DNA of 64,000 nt from Zootoca vivipara (GCF_963506605.1 NC_083277.1:36394001-36458000), one strand, 5' to 3'. Shown: positions 26,436-39,131, counted from the first letter of the stretch. The notes: generated from the letters alone by a model not told the origin. Numbers and translations: made by a program.

Positions 26436-27086
26436 ATTTCACAATATTTATAGTTTAAATAACAAAAATGTATAATTGTAATATATAACTGTATTTAATA
26501 AACCAAAAACTAATTATTTAACCAAACCAAACCAAAAAACCCTTATTTATCACAAAGTGCCCAGAGTTGTTGAGCTTTTTGGGGGGAGCTGCTGACCAAA
26601 GTTTTGGAGGTTTTTTTGGGGTGCAAAAGTTGTTTTGCTTTTGGGGGGTGCCCCAAAGCTGCTGCATTTTTGGGGGGGGGAAGAGAACAGAAATAAATGA
26701 TGAATAATACCTTCGCTGGAACTAACACACAGCACTGACATAGTCTGCAAAAGCGCCAAAAAAACCCAGCACAGAACGGGTTAAAAAACAAATGCTGTTA
26801 CACCCAATCATAGTCTGCCAAAGCGCCAGGAAAAAAAACAGCACAGAAAGGGTTAAAAACCCATCTCTGGCTACCAGCAACAACAACAAAAAAAGGATCC
26901 GGGTTTTAACAGCGGAGACAAACTGTAGTGGAGACAAGCTCTAGCGGAGACAAGCTGTAGGAGGAGTGGGAGAACAAATGGGGAAAAAAGAACAACAACA
27001 GTGTGAATGGGCCAATGGGGCGCGAGCCAGCAGTGAGGGCTCTGCATGTCACGTCTGACATGTGTGTCATAGGTTCGCCATCACTG
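26436..27086 (+). mobile_element. Long part of a split non-autonomous hAT element
   Basis: Ends in TIR ggttcgccatcactg followed by gcatagtt. Contains internal subrepeats (16-bp gcggagacaagctgta x3-4; catagtctgc...gggttaaaaa x2). Continues the 32835-32944 piece in the opposite orientation. Confidence 0.88.
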
Positions 27087-28269
27087 GCATAGTTGATCCC
27101 TGTCAAAGCAGCTTGGCCAGCCCTATGCTCAGTAAAGGGTTGCATATAGGGCCAGCAAAGCCCCTTGTGCTGCGGTTCCCAGGAGCCCGACAACCAGCTG
27201 ACTGTGGGGTGATTAGGAAGTGCTGCACAAAGTTTGACAGGTGGAAGGGACAACCAAACTGTCACTTGTCTGGTGATTAGCTTTGCGGAATGGGGACAGA
27301 TTATCATTTGGCCCACTATGCCCAAAAGGTTCCCTACTCCTGAAACATGTGCTACTTTTGACTGTCAAAAACTCTGATAGAGTGCCTCTCCCACCATATA
27401 TGCCCCCTGGTACTCAATTAAGACTTACTTGGAATTCCCAACTAACTGTACCCAGATGGTAAAGAGGCAAAACTGGTTAGGGGATGGAAAAGATTTTCCA
27501 TGGATATGGCACCAACATAGAGAAATCCTTCCTCAGTAAAGTGCATTTCAACCTGTCTCAGTAGATGTTTGGAAGTTGGACATTCAAATAAAGTTTAATG
27601 AGCTAAGCTTAAAGAAAATGTAAGGGGTCTTTGTACATTCAGCTACTGTATCTTTTAAAGAACATGGTTTATTTCCTTTCAAGCTCTGTTTTTTGTCCCT
27701 CCAGAGAAGTTCTGGCCTAGTATGCATGAATGCATCCTATTCTATATTTTCAGCAACATTAAGATAGATACTTTACCAGTGACCTTCTATGCTTATCTTA
27801 ATGCAAAATTCATTATTTTATTCTGTAGCAGACTTTGAATGTCAAAGCAGGACAGACATATTTATAACTCTTGGGACTTGAATCCTCAAGCAATTAAAGG
27901 CTCCTTTTTGAAGCGTTTCAACTTAAATTAGAATTGTTTGGTTTTGCCCATGTATTAATAAGTAAGCTTAAGGCAATGAAGGGATATATCATATGTTCCA
28001 TTTCAGAGTTATTTCTTGTATTTGGGCTGATGTATATGACCTCACTCATTTCCCCAACAACTGTCAGATGTTATGGAATGTGCTGCTTGCACAGAGTGAC
28101 TGAGGCAAACCAGTCAGATGGGCAGGGTACAAATAAATTTTATTGTTTGTTTGTTTGCTTGCTTGCACACAGTTTTGCAAATGACAGCAATCCAACATAG
28201 AGCCAATTTTGATGTAACAATTTCCTTTCATTGTGGTATTCCCATGAAGAAATGCCTATGGAATACATT

Positions 28270-28930
28270 TTTCTCAAAATGCAAATACAGTAGATCCTGC
28301 AAGCAAAAGACTCAATTTGGTGCCCAAGCCTACCTCTGGAAATTGACACATAAGATTCCAGTCTAACTTGAATGAACTCTGCTGAGCTGGACATTCTCCA
28401 TTGGAATCACAACCAACTCTGACCCCTAAGCAATATTTCATCTTGCAGTGCCTGGAGGGATGCTGTGTAGTGTGTGCCTTGCTGCAATTCATCATAGTTT
28501 GTATAGGCCTTGCTTGATATTTTAAAATTCTGGAGTTGCATGTTTCTGAGAGACTCTGTTCTCTACTGACTTTGATCTTGTAAACATGGTCTGATAGGTT
28601 AAGATCCATATATAGATTGAATAGATGCAAAAGCGGCTCTTCTGCCAACTGTGTGTTTTTCATTTTAAGTCTTTCTGCCCCCTTTGACTAAGACCGAGCT
28701 TCAGCTTTAATTGCTTTTTAGTTTTCCTGCAGACATCTCTGTTTGAGGCTCAGCAATAGAGGCCTTTGAGGTTTCTTTGAGTGGCAGTATGTTGAACTTT
28801 AAGCCTTTCTGTTTGTATAGCCTTCCTTTAAAGTTGGTTAATACAGAGCTGAGAACCCTTTTGAAATCTAGGAAATAGAAAATTACTTTGGCTACCCAAA
28901 GGGGTACCCGGTCCTGTTTTTTGTTCATTT
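28270..28930 (-). mobile_element. Highly decayed LINE reverse-transcriptase remnant
   Basis: Residual RT-like motifs in the expected order: FLDFKRVLSSV (cf. FxDFxKAFDSV), then PLLHLFNLYMD (cf. PxLFNLYID). Confidence 0.35.
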
Positions 28931-29753
28931 AGAAATGATGCAGTACTCTGTCATTTGCATTTCTGGCAGGGAGGTTAATGTGATTCTAGAATTTGACTCC
29001 TGGCAATTAGTTGTGCAAGGTCCTGTGCTCCTGGATAGAAGGGAAAAAATGCAAAACTGCTGAATTTGGTTGTTTGGTCTCTCTTTCTCACTGACAGATG
29101 CACAACGTCCTTCACAAAGTTCCAAATGCTCTCAGGGCTTTGTGATGTGTCAGTCATCTCAACAAGCTAGACTCTGGGCTGACTTAGCTCTGGCATATAC
29201 ATTCAGATTCCAGTGGTGTTGCAATTGTGTAGTGGAAGAGCGGTTCCAGTCTCTTTGCTCCATCATGCAGATAACATCTATGAACCTGGCTGCCCTTTCA
29301 GTGTCAACTGCATGGAGGCATGATTTTGCTGCTTTTAAACAGCACAGCTCTGTTTTATGCTAGAGAGTTACTTCCATTGCCTCTCTCTGTCTTTTTGGTA
29401 ACATATGGAAAGTACATTTTCCAAAAAGTAGCAATATGTTAATAAAGCCTTGCACAGTTAATTTCTTGCATTTTTACACTCCTCCCCCACCCTTTCTGAC
29501 ACTTCATTTCAAGCCAGTGCCAAACAGCATCAGTGTTAAAAATGAGGTTTTGTTCTTGCTTCTGAACTAGGGGAAAAGAAGGGAAAGTAGGAATATCATT
29601 TTAATCCACCCAACGCTATTTGGGTTTCAAAATGTGCTGCCAAGGTTCTTGTCTGTGGGGCACCTCGCTTAAATGAATATAAAGAACTTAAGAGATAATG
29701 GAAGAAAAATAGTTAATGTGATTAAGAGTTTGGCATTTAATTCAGCACAAGTC

Positions 29754-30150
29754 TTTTTGAATCCTTCACTTGTCTGCTAAGAGGTTGGCATTTCCCATAA
29801 TTTTTTTTCTTATATTCATTAAATTTTTCCCAATAGTTATCAATTTTCTGCACTGGTATCCAAAAAGATAACAAAAATATGGAATAAAAGATATAAAAAG
29901 CTATACAAAAGAATTTGGAAACCGAAACCGAAATAGAGAACAGGCTGGAAGTCACATTTAAGGTGAATAGGTGGATGGGGACTTTTTCTTTTCTTTTTCT
30001 TCTCTTTTTTGTACAGTATTTGTAATTGTGGTTGGATGACATTGTGTTAAAGGGTATGAACGGTATAAACTTTTTTTTTCCTTTTTCTTATTTTAAACAA
30101 TTATTGTATTATTGTATTATGGAAACATAAATAAAGAACTTAAATAAAAA
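29754..30150 (+). mobile_element. L1 3' fragment with 5' inversion (inverted 29754-29860, direct 29861-30150)
   Basis: 15-bp TSD aattcagcacaagtc (29739-29753, 30151-30165); AATAAA and A-rich tail. The inverted part encodes an L1 ORF2-like end, IDNYWEKFNEY...VKDSKR. Confidence 0.85.
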
Positions 30151-30559
30151 AATTCAGCACAAGTCAGTTCACTGTATGCATGATATATGTGGAACTGTTA
30201 AAACTGCTGATTTGCTTGCAGACTTGTAGAATTGAAAATCCAAACAAAGTTTGGAGTAACACAAGCCTCCGACTCAGATCTTGCTTTCTTGTAATGGGAG
30301 CACTGTGTTTACATAGCAAAATATGTGTATCAAATAGTTGCGCACAGGAATCTGCCTAGTGCTTTCATATAAATGTGACATGTCCTTTATTGTAGGGATT
30401 TTGTAACCTATCAAATGATTATTGGGACAGCTCGTGCTTTGCATACACAATGTCCCAAGTTCAATCCTTGGCTTGTACATTTAAAGGATCACAAATAGGT
30501 GGCATGGGAAACCACCCCACACTTTTAACATGGGAATGTATGTTTAAAGAGGCTACAGC

Positions 30560-30643
30560 AATGGACATCCATTGATCTTTCAACATTGGGAGCATGGGCA
30601 TTTAAATAACAAATGCAATTCAATGTAAGCAAGAGTAAATGGG

Positions 30644-30705
<62 letters not shown>

Positions 30706-30870
30706 ATATATGCTAGTCAGGTCTGAAATGACAGTGACTGATGAGGAGGAAGACATTGGGGTCACAGTGGATACCTTGATGAAGATGTTGAGATGGTCTG
30801 TGGCAGCTGTGAAAAAGACTGGGGATAATTAGGAATGAGATGGCAAATAAAACTACCAATAGTATTATGA
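30560..30870 (+). mobile_element. Old CR1 LINE RT fragment interrupted by an (AT)28 microsatellite (30647-30702)
   Basis: CR1-like segments aaatgcaattcaatgtaagcaag, gaggaagacattggggtcacagtgga and gtggcagctgtgaaaaag. Confidence 0.65.
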
Positions 30871-31028
30871 GTCTGTGGCCTGCTGGCCTAATTGGTCTTA
30901 ATGACAGGTTCAAAATAAAGGCCTCTAAATCTGAACTTAAAACAGTGGCAGGTTCATATAGATATAGGTGTAATGATCCTTCTTCAACCTGGTGCCCTCC
31001 AAATGTTTTGGACTACAACTCGCATCAT

Positions 31029-32834
31029 GATAACCCAGAGGAGGGGGGGAGTCGCGAGGGCACCGCGATCCCCCTGAGAACCCCCGGATTTTGCTTTCCG
31101 GGACCGTGGGAACCCAGCTGAGCTCTGTTGAGTCCCGCCCGGCGCCCGGAATGCGCCTTTCGAGGTGCGCTGAGAGCCAGCGGAGCGGGACGGAGTCTTG
31201 GGTCGACTGCTACCTCTGGGGAGCAAAGCTCCGTGCCGACGACAACTTGAGCGTCAGATACCTCCAAATTGAATTAAAATCGGACTTGTGAGTAAAATTT
31301 GTTGGATTATTAAGAAGAAAATATTTGGTCCGGGGAGGGGAATCTAAAAAGGAAACGGAGGTCGTTCCCCCCCCCAACCGAGACAAACGAGCAATTACCA
31401 AGCCCGCAGCTAAAACGCTAGATTGGGACCTTAAAAACCACTAAAAAATTAAGCTAGACCCTTCCCTGTGGGGCAGAGCCAAGGGAAGGAGAAATTTTTG
31501 TAGATCTCTGCAAAAAAAAAAAAAGTTTGAATTTGGGAACGAGCCCTCCAAATACCTGGAGGCGAGATCCTGGAAACGAAGTCCAGCCGACAGAGCGCTT
31601 CCACCGGTTAAGAAGATATTTAATAAAACGAGCTTGTGAACTGTCAAACCAGGCACGGAAATATTAGAACTTTGGGACAAGAACATTTTAATTGGGAAAA
31701 ATCAAGTTGGATTTTATAAATAAATAAATAAAGGATTTGGAATCTGCGCCATCTTGGGGTAAAGGAACCATGCCCTCTTCATCGTAATTTGAGAACACAA
31801 AGGAACTGGATAGACACAACAATGAATTCCCAGCTGGGCAAAGAGAGACTGCAACTTTTGTTACAGCTTGTTCAAGAGCTGGGAGAAGATGTTCGGCACT
31901 ATGGGAGACAGACACAATGTCTTAAAGAAGTGTTACAAAAGTTTTCCCCAAATGACACTTTGGAATTACAGGATGAGACAGAAGAGCCTGAAACTGAAGA
32001 ACCGGAGCAACTTGTGGGAGAAGTTGCAAAGGACATTGATCTTATGCAGACGGCTTCGACTCGGAATGTTGGTCTCTCAGTGGGAGAGGGAGTCCAGATT
32101 CCGGTCAAGTTTATTCAAATAAAGATGGAAGTTTGGAGAAAGCTATGGTACTGGGGGGGGGGGGGACAGAGAAGAAAGTTGGGAAAGAGAGGCGGAGAAA
32201 GAAAGTTGTACAACAGAAGGAAAAGTGGAAAGAGGGAGGGGGTATGGAGTGGGCAAGGGACGGAGTGGGGTGAAAAAACAAAATGAATTTTAATACGGGA
32301 TGTCTAAAATGGTTTGGAAATGGATTGTTAAAAGGAGCTGGCCAAAGTTTGCAGGAAATCGCCAATCAGGGGAAGTAGGGGGGGAGTTTAAAAAATGTTT
32401 TAAAATATTGAATAGTGATTTTAGTAAGTAAAAATTCGGGAATATTTTTTAGGGAAATTATAGGCTAAGGGGTTTAGTTTAGAGATTTGATTGAATTTTT
32501 TTCGGATAGAATTTTATGCAAGATGAAAATAATTGGTTAAGTGATAATTAATATTATGAATTGTACTTGATATGAGAAAATTGCTGAATTGGGGTGTAAA
32601 ATGAACTCGGGGAGGGAGGGACGGGGAAGCCGAAGTTATGTCAATGAATATTGGATAAGATTTAAAGAATTTTTTCTTTTTTTTCCTTTGCTATTTTGGC
32701 CTTTTTCTTTTTCTTTTTTTCCTTTTTTCCCTTGTGCTCTTTTTCTTTATTGTCTCTGAGGTTAAAAGATTATGTTATGATGATGTGAATAATGTTTAAA
32801 TTGAAAATCTTCAATAAAAATTATTTGAAAAAAA
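31029..32834 (+). mobile_element. 1.8-kb L1-like non-autonomous retroposon (HAL1-like): CpG-rich 5' UTR, one short ORF (ATG 31822-32286), L1-type 3' UTR, poly(A)
   Basis: CpG-rich 31029-31270; ORF with leucine-rich helical start MNSQLGKERLQLLLQLVQELGEDV; no EN/RT motifs seen; G-rich then T-rich 3' UTR, AATAAA and A tail; followed by the 16-bp TSD ataaatattgtgaaat. Confidence 0.75.
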
Positions 32835-32944
32835 ATAAATATTGTGAAATTATGTTTTTTTTCTCGAAGTGACATACCACCCGAGTTAGGCTCGGTTTTT
32901 TGGAGAATTTTGACACACCAAGCTCAAAAGGTTGCCCATCACTG
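32835..32944 (-). mobile_element. Short terminal part of the split hAT element
   Basis: TIR ggttgcccatcactg followed by aactatgc, the reverse complement of the gcatagtt flank at 27087-27094. Confidence 0.88.
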
Positions 32945-33720
32945 AACTATGCAATCAAGTTCCCCACAGGGAACTTGGTAGCGCAACTGATCCAGTCACA
33001 TCTCTACCTGTCCGACACCTGGTGTCACATATGATGCCCCACATTGCACCTGAAAGCTCACTGGCAGGCAGTATACTTGTTGAAAATGATCCCCACTACC
33101 CTGTTTCCATAGGAGTCAATTAATACAATATTGCTCCCACCAGCTTTTTGCCAGATACAACATTCATATGCATATTAATGCAAACTATGGTTTAGAAATG
33201 AAGAATGTGTGTGTGAACCTGTAGCACTGCTTCCTGCCTCCTCAATCTCTTAAGCATGATTGGCAACACTTCACTCTCATTTTGTTCAACGGGACTTACG
33301 TCCAAGTTAGTCTGCACAGGACTGCAGCTTTAAAAAATGGAACCATTATATATGTTCCACACTGTGAGTGCAACTTCCCATAATAAGATTTTTTCCTCAC
33401 AGATAATACACCTGCAATACCAGCATACAACAATTCCCAGAAAAATTAGTATAATGTATGAAAGTGCTACTTCTTGTAAACAGGGCCTTGGGGTCAAGGA
33501 AATATCATGTGCATTCTCCCCCTCCCTGCACCCAATATTTATCGAATGCTGGCCAGACACCTATGGGCTGTTTTATGTTGGTTTCTTGAGTGTTAGCATC
33601 CATCAAAACTAATTTGCTCCCGTTTTTTAGTTTTAGAAGTGCCAACTGGGAGAATGACTGCAAGCAAATACTCTGGGTAAGCATTACTTAAAAGCCATGA
33701 AGTAACTTTTTAAACATTAG

Positions 33721-33743
33721 CAGCAGCAGCAGCAGCAGCAGCA
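33721..33743. repeat. (CAG)7 microsatellite, intronic
   Basis: Direct reading. Confidence 0.9.
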
Positions 33744-35209
33744 CAGTACTGGCACAAATCAAATGACTAAGCAACAAAACAAAGAAGTGGAAAGCTCCTG
33801 CATCTTGGCTTCAGCAAAAGCAAGAAAGCCCAAGCCAGAGGAAGCATGAGGAAGCAATTGTACCAGCAGCTTTTCCAGCCTCTGTCCAGAAGTTTAGCAG
33901 ACTCTAAAGAACAGAGGGCCTCTCAGAAAGAACACCCACCCTAGAAAAGGGGGTGGTGTTAAAGCAATGTTTCTTTCTATATTGTGTCACGGTATCACAG
34001 GGACTCCATCCTATGCTGACCGCCAGTGCTAAAACTTGGCAATGAAAGTCTCTTGACACTTTTCGTGGTTGATCTAGAAATCCACTGAAACGGGTATAAT
34101 AAAATGAAGGGACGACTAAGAATACCTATCTCCCCACGCTCCCACAATCTCACAGTGCCAAGCAGTATCCTGTATTGCACACTTTTTCAGAAGTGTGGCT
34201 GAATGTTGTCTTAAGACACAGAAAGGCTCCAGCTTCTTCTGACGTTTCCTCTTGCACATGCACCTTCAAGCTAGAAGGCAGAATGCAAACTCACTATGAT
34301 CACTGCCAGTCTAGTAGCAGATGCAGCATGTATTGATTATTCATTATAGAAGCAGAGTGGTCAATGTTTTATATATTTTGGGATTTTTTGTATCCAAGGA
34401 GTCTCCCCCTCCACCCCCAGGGATTTTGTAGTCCATATGGCTCTGGCACTCCAGTCCCTTCTGCAGTTTCTGCTCCACGCAATCATGATCACATGTTTTT
34501 GAAGAGCAGGGTTACACCCACAGACTCTGCCCCAGGAGTGCACCCTCTCAGCTTCCATGCAGTGGATAAAAATGGTCTCCATTTAGATCTGAGCACACAG
34601 AGGTTGGAAAGGTGGAGCCAACAGATGCAACTAACTGCCTGTCCTTGTTATGCCTTTGCAGTTAGGGAGGTTCAGTTTATTTCTCCTAATAAACTAAGGG
34701 CATAACAAAAACAAGCAATTTTCAGCTTTGCATTCTTCCATTCTTTATCTTAGGATAAAGGAACATGCAGTTCACAAGAATTAGGGTTTTTTGGGGGGGG
34801 GGTTAAAAAGAGAAAAGTTATGTTCTTCTGAATCTTTTTTAAAAAAATACTTTGCTGTACAATAAGTGTTTTATTTTATTGTAAAAAAAAAAGCTTTTCT
34901 GAAAAAGGCACACATGGCTCTTGCTCCTCACAGAGAAAAGCACTCTGCTGGAAGTCTATACTGCAGCAGAAGGCAACGATTACCAAGGGCCAATCTTCCC
35001 ACTCCCTACAGTATTATAGCAGCACAGAGCCTTTCAATTCAGACATACTGTCAGCTCTTGCAGTTGGATGTGGCAAGGTTTTGTTTTTAAACACACTGTT
35101 CCTCACTGTGATGCAGCTTCAACTTTGTGTTTGGAGGCTATTAACATCCCAAAATTGGGAGGATGGATTTAAACTTGCAGGGCGTTGGGGGGGGGTCAAA
35201 ATTAAGCCA

Positions 35210-35266
35210 GAAGAGGAGGAGGAGGAGGAGTTTGGATTTGATATCCCGCCTTATCACTACCCTTAA
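35210..35266 (-). mobile_element. 3' stub of a squamate SINE/LINE with (CTC/CTT)n tail
   Basis: Reverse complement reads gggtagtgataaggcgggatatcaaatccaaactc(ctc)n. Confidence 0.55.
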
Positions 35267-35279
35267 GCTGCTTAAAAAT

Positions 35280-35510
35280 ACAAGTCATACCCTGAGTCAC
35301 TATTCTGGTGTTAGGTGACCCCTATTCCCTTCACAGAGTTACAGTTCCCAGACTGGTTTAACATTCAATATCCCTTCCCAGGGAACTCTGGGAATTTTAG
35401 CTATGTGTGGGGAGAGAGGTCACCTAACAACTCTCAGCACCATTATCAAAGTACAGGTCCCAGGATACTTTGGGGGAAGCCATGACTGTTAAATATAGTG
35501 CAGATGTGGC
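35280..35510. mobile_element. Palindromic non-autonomous DNA transposon remnant
   Basis: Self-complementary arms gttaggtgacc...ttcccaga / tctgggaa...ggtcacctaac. Confidence 0.6.
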
Positions 35511-36649
35511 CAACACTGAATGCATCCTACGTTCTCTCTCAAGGACTGCATGAGATGAGAGACAAAGCTTTTATTAATGTAGAACCTGTGTAGAATCCAC
35601 ACAGCAGGAGCACTGAGCTAGCTAGGCAGGTGTGCACCTCTCAGATGTCTGACTAATGCAACAGAATACCTGTAGCTGCACCTATGTGGGTATCAAAAAA
35701 CAAGAATGCAGCCATCTCTATTTAGATTCCGCTGGCCTAGCAAAGTTAGGCACTCCTGGAGCCCCCAAAAGACAGAAGCACTTGAATTGCTCTGTAATGA
35801 GCAAAAATAGTATAGCCTTATTTGTGCTAGTCAGGATTGATGGGAACAACAAATGTATGTAACATAGCAAGAGAACTCATCTTTCGAGAATAAGAGTAGT
35901 GCGCTTCCACCTTTGCAGCCCCATGTAAAAGTGTTCGCCTTTGATCATTCTTAAGCTTTCCTTTAGCCCTCGAGATTGCTTTCCTTAATCCTGTGTAAAA
36001 ACTGCAAAGAAGTTACTTTTAACAGGACCTCATTATTGACTGAAAATCTTTGAGAGAGGAAAGAGGGTACTGTACATTACAGGGTTGGTATTTTCGCTGC
36101 AAGAGGATTAGGTTATCTCCAGTACAAAATCCCTGTTTGCGAGCTGAGGCTCTGCAGTGTAAGCAAATTATGAGGATGAGAAAGGAAGCATGCCTTCAAA
36201 TGGTTAAACCTGGAAACGGGGACTGAGCGGAGGAGAGAAGAAGCAACAGTGAACACAGACCAAAGCAGAGGGAAAATGTAATAGATGGTATTGAGTGACC
36301 CACTTAAAAAAAATTATGCCTCCAAACCAAAAATGGCCTGTGCAGGTCTTTATCATTTGAAGCGTATACTAATCAGCTAAAATACTTTGCTTTCATGTCC
36401 TTTTGGTTAATTATCCCCACTGTGCATTTTCTGCTGCTCTACTGAGAATCACAGCATAGATGGGAAGTGAAGACTATGTTTAGTGTATCACTGAACGCTG
36501 CTTACATTTATTTCCCTACTCCAGAACTAAGCTACCATGCTACTGCAGAATGATTGTCTCCAAAGCAATTTCTAGCTAACACACATTCTTATCTCCCTTC
36601 ATTTATGTGAATGAGTAGACTTGACTAAACACTTGATAGCCAAAGTAGC

Positions 36650-37189
36650 TATTGCGTGGCCAGGCAGAGACCCCCCAACCCCCGGGAGGAATAATGACTC
36701 ATGACAACATGTTTTGAGATTAAAATTGGCCACAACTTTGTTAAACTTTCAGATGCAGAGAGACCTTGGCTTAGGCATTGGGCGTTTATCCCTCCCAGTC
36801 CCCGGCCATGGACCTGGGGAACATCAGGGTTATCCAAACTGTGTGGGGATTGGGCTGGCTCTGAAAAATGTATGTTTAAGCAGATAGCCCTCCCCACATT
36901 TCGCCGCAACGCAGGGGAGAGCACTGACAACCTAATGACTGAGGACTCCCAGGTAAGTTCCACCCTCTATTGTGTGTGCAGGGCGGTCCTAACCCTACCT
37001 GGTCAACACCCCTGGCAACACCTCCCCATCTGGGATTGGTCAACTGTCTGAGGTTAGGCGGGAACCTCCAGGTATCCAGCTTGGGGAGGCGAAGCCAGTC
37101 TAACTGGGCCGGGGATTGTATAGGGCCAGGGGGCTGCGCACGACCACGCAAAAAGCGCCCCCCATTTGAAGTGGGGAGCGGTCCTTACA
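36650..37189 (-). mobile_element. Probable solo LTR (Gypsy-like)
   Basis: Minus strand starts TGTAAG and ends CGCAATA (decayed TG..CA). 540-bp GC-rich block with aacaaagttgtggcc (decayed AATAAAGTTGTGGCC) near its 3' end. No TSD found. Confidence 0.5.
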
Positions 37190-38166
37190 AAAAGAGGAAG
37201 CACCATCATTATGTATACACACCAATGTCATAATATGGTGCAATGAAGGTATGAAAAAGTATTGGGCATTTCACCTGTTGTGTTTTAACAGGCTTGTAGT
37301 TAAGCTTTCGTTTCCACTAAGAAATAGCCTCCTCACATAAAGACGAGCATTTTCCATTCTTCTGTAATAGGTTTATTTTGCACAAGTCTGCCTTCTGTTT
37401 TATCATCCATTGATTCAGAACTATATGTATTATTATGATGAAGATGAAGATGATGCATAGCATAAATTACACATACATTTCTCTCAACCATCAACAGATA
37501 TTTGCAAACCAGTTATCTTCTCTGTGTGTCCCCTTTCAAAATCAATTTTCAGAAAGGTAGTTCTATTAGTCTCTTGGAGAAAACGCAACAAAGACTCTTG
37601 CAGTACCTTAAATAAAAGTTAATGAAGTGGCCATCTATGACTGTAATCCTAACCATGTTAACTCAGAAATATGATCCACTGGGCTTCCTCCTGGAGAAGC
37701 GAAGTTGCGATTACAGCCTTGCAATCCTGAGTTGACAGTATTAACTTAACCTTGTATCGTTTTCCTAACTCAGGCACCAGGGAGGGACAGTTAGTGGCAA
37801 TTATATGACAATGAATATGTGAATAATGTACATCCCAACTAATTTACACATCTATTTACTTAGTTGTGCACTTTTTTAAAAGAAGAAGAAGAAAACTTTT
37901 ATTGTAAATATGAGCAGGTAGCAGGAAATCCAGATGGTGGTCACATGGCAACTGATTCCTCCAACATCTCTAATCAAAATTAGCAAGAAGCCAAAGCATA
38001 TCTGAATAGGCATAAGGGTACTGATAAAACCCAGAAATAATAGTTAGGGGTACCCTAGTCACAAAGATTCTAGTACCGTAACTACCCAAGACACGTGACC
38101 AGGAAAGAAGACTAAGGGCCAAACCAGATGTGACTGTCATGTAGCTGAGCATCACAAATAGGTGTT

Positions 38167-38196
<30 letters not shown>
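38167..38196. repeat. (TTG)10 microsatellite
   Basis: Direct reading. Confidence 0.9.
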
Positions 38197-38199
<3 letters not shown>

Positions 38200-38394
38200 T
38201 GTAAAACGAATAGTAGACACAGGAGAGGGCTGCAAACTGAATTGGGACCACAGCACGGAGGGAGAGGGCTTAACCCTTTGCTCCCACCATAGTCCCATTC
38301 AAAGTTAACATTCCCTGGCTGCTATTCACAATAGAATAATTAAGAGAAAAGACTGAAATAGCTTAAGGTCTTTAGCCAAATTTCAAGGCATGCT

Positions 38395-38595
38395 TGGAGT
38401 ACTGTGTACAGTTCTGATCACTGCATCTCAAGAAGGACACTGTATAACAGGAATGTGGGGAACACAGAAAATAACCAAAGTGATGAGGCGGCTAGAGCAC
38501 CTTCCTTCTGCGCAAATGTTTATGACTTTTTAAGTTTAGAAAAAGGAAGTACTATCTTGGTTTAGACAAAAGTACTTTTTCCACACACAACACAT
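38395..38595 (+). mobile_element. Old CR1 fragment; others at 22490-22600(+), 25400-25482(+), 10582-10628(-)
   Basis: CR1 RT motifs ggagtactgtgtacagttctg (LEYCVQF) and tttaagtttagaaaaagg. Confidence 0.65.
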
Positions 38596-39131
38596 TCTTT
38601 AACCTCTGGTATTTGTTTCCCCCTTTTTAGGGCAATGGGCAATGCCCTTCGTTCTGCACTCCCTGCAGAGGAACAATTTTGCTCCTGAAAACCAGGAACA
38701 AGCGCAGAAGGTAGTGGGCCACAAATACCAAAACAAGCAGCGATTCAGAGAGACTTCTGCCGAGCTCTGACCACAACCCACATCAAAATACAGAACTAAA
38801 GCAAACATAAGTTCTCCCAACTCGTTATGACTATTCTTTATAGCTTGTGTTATTAAATTTACTACAACTAATTAAAAAGAACAAAACAACTTCTAGATTG
38901 GGCAGCTGCTGCACCAGAGCCAAAACTCTGAATCGGCCTGGGAAAACCAGTGGCCAGGGGTGGGGGGGAGGCAAAGATGTCTGAAGGCAGAAGGACATTT
39001 TCACACATCTCCATCCTAGAAGTAGAGGCTAGATTTAATTAAATTAAATTCCCCACTCAAAAGCACAACTGTGCTCTACAATACAGCAAGGGTCCTCAGG
39101 GTAGGTTCCTTAGAGAGGAGGGCAAGCAAAG

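Noticed and set aside
33721-33743. Polyglutamine-coding exon
   Set aside because: No supporting splice sites or ORF; short intronic microsatellite.
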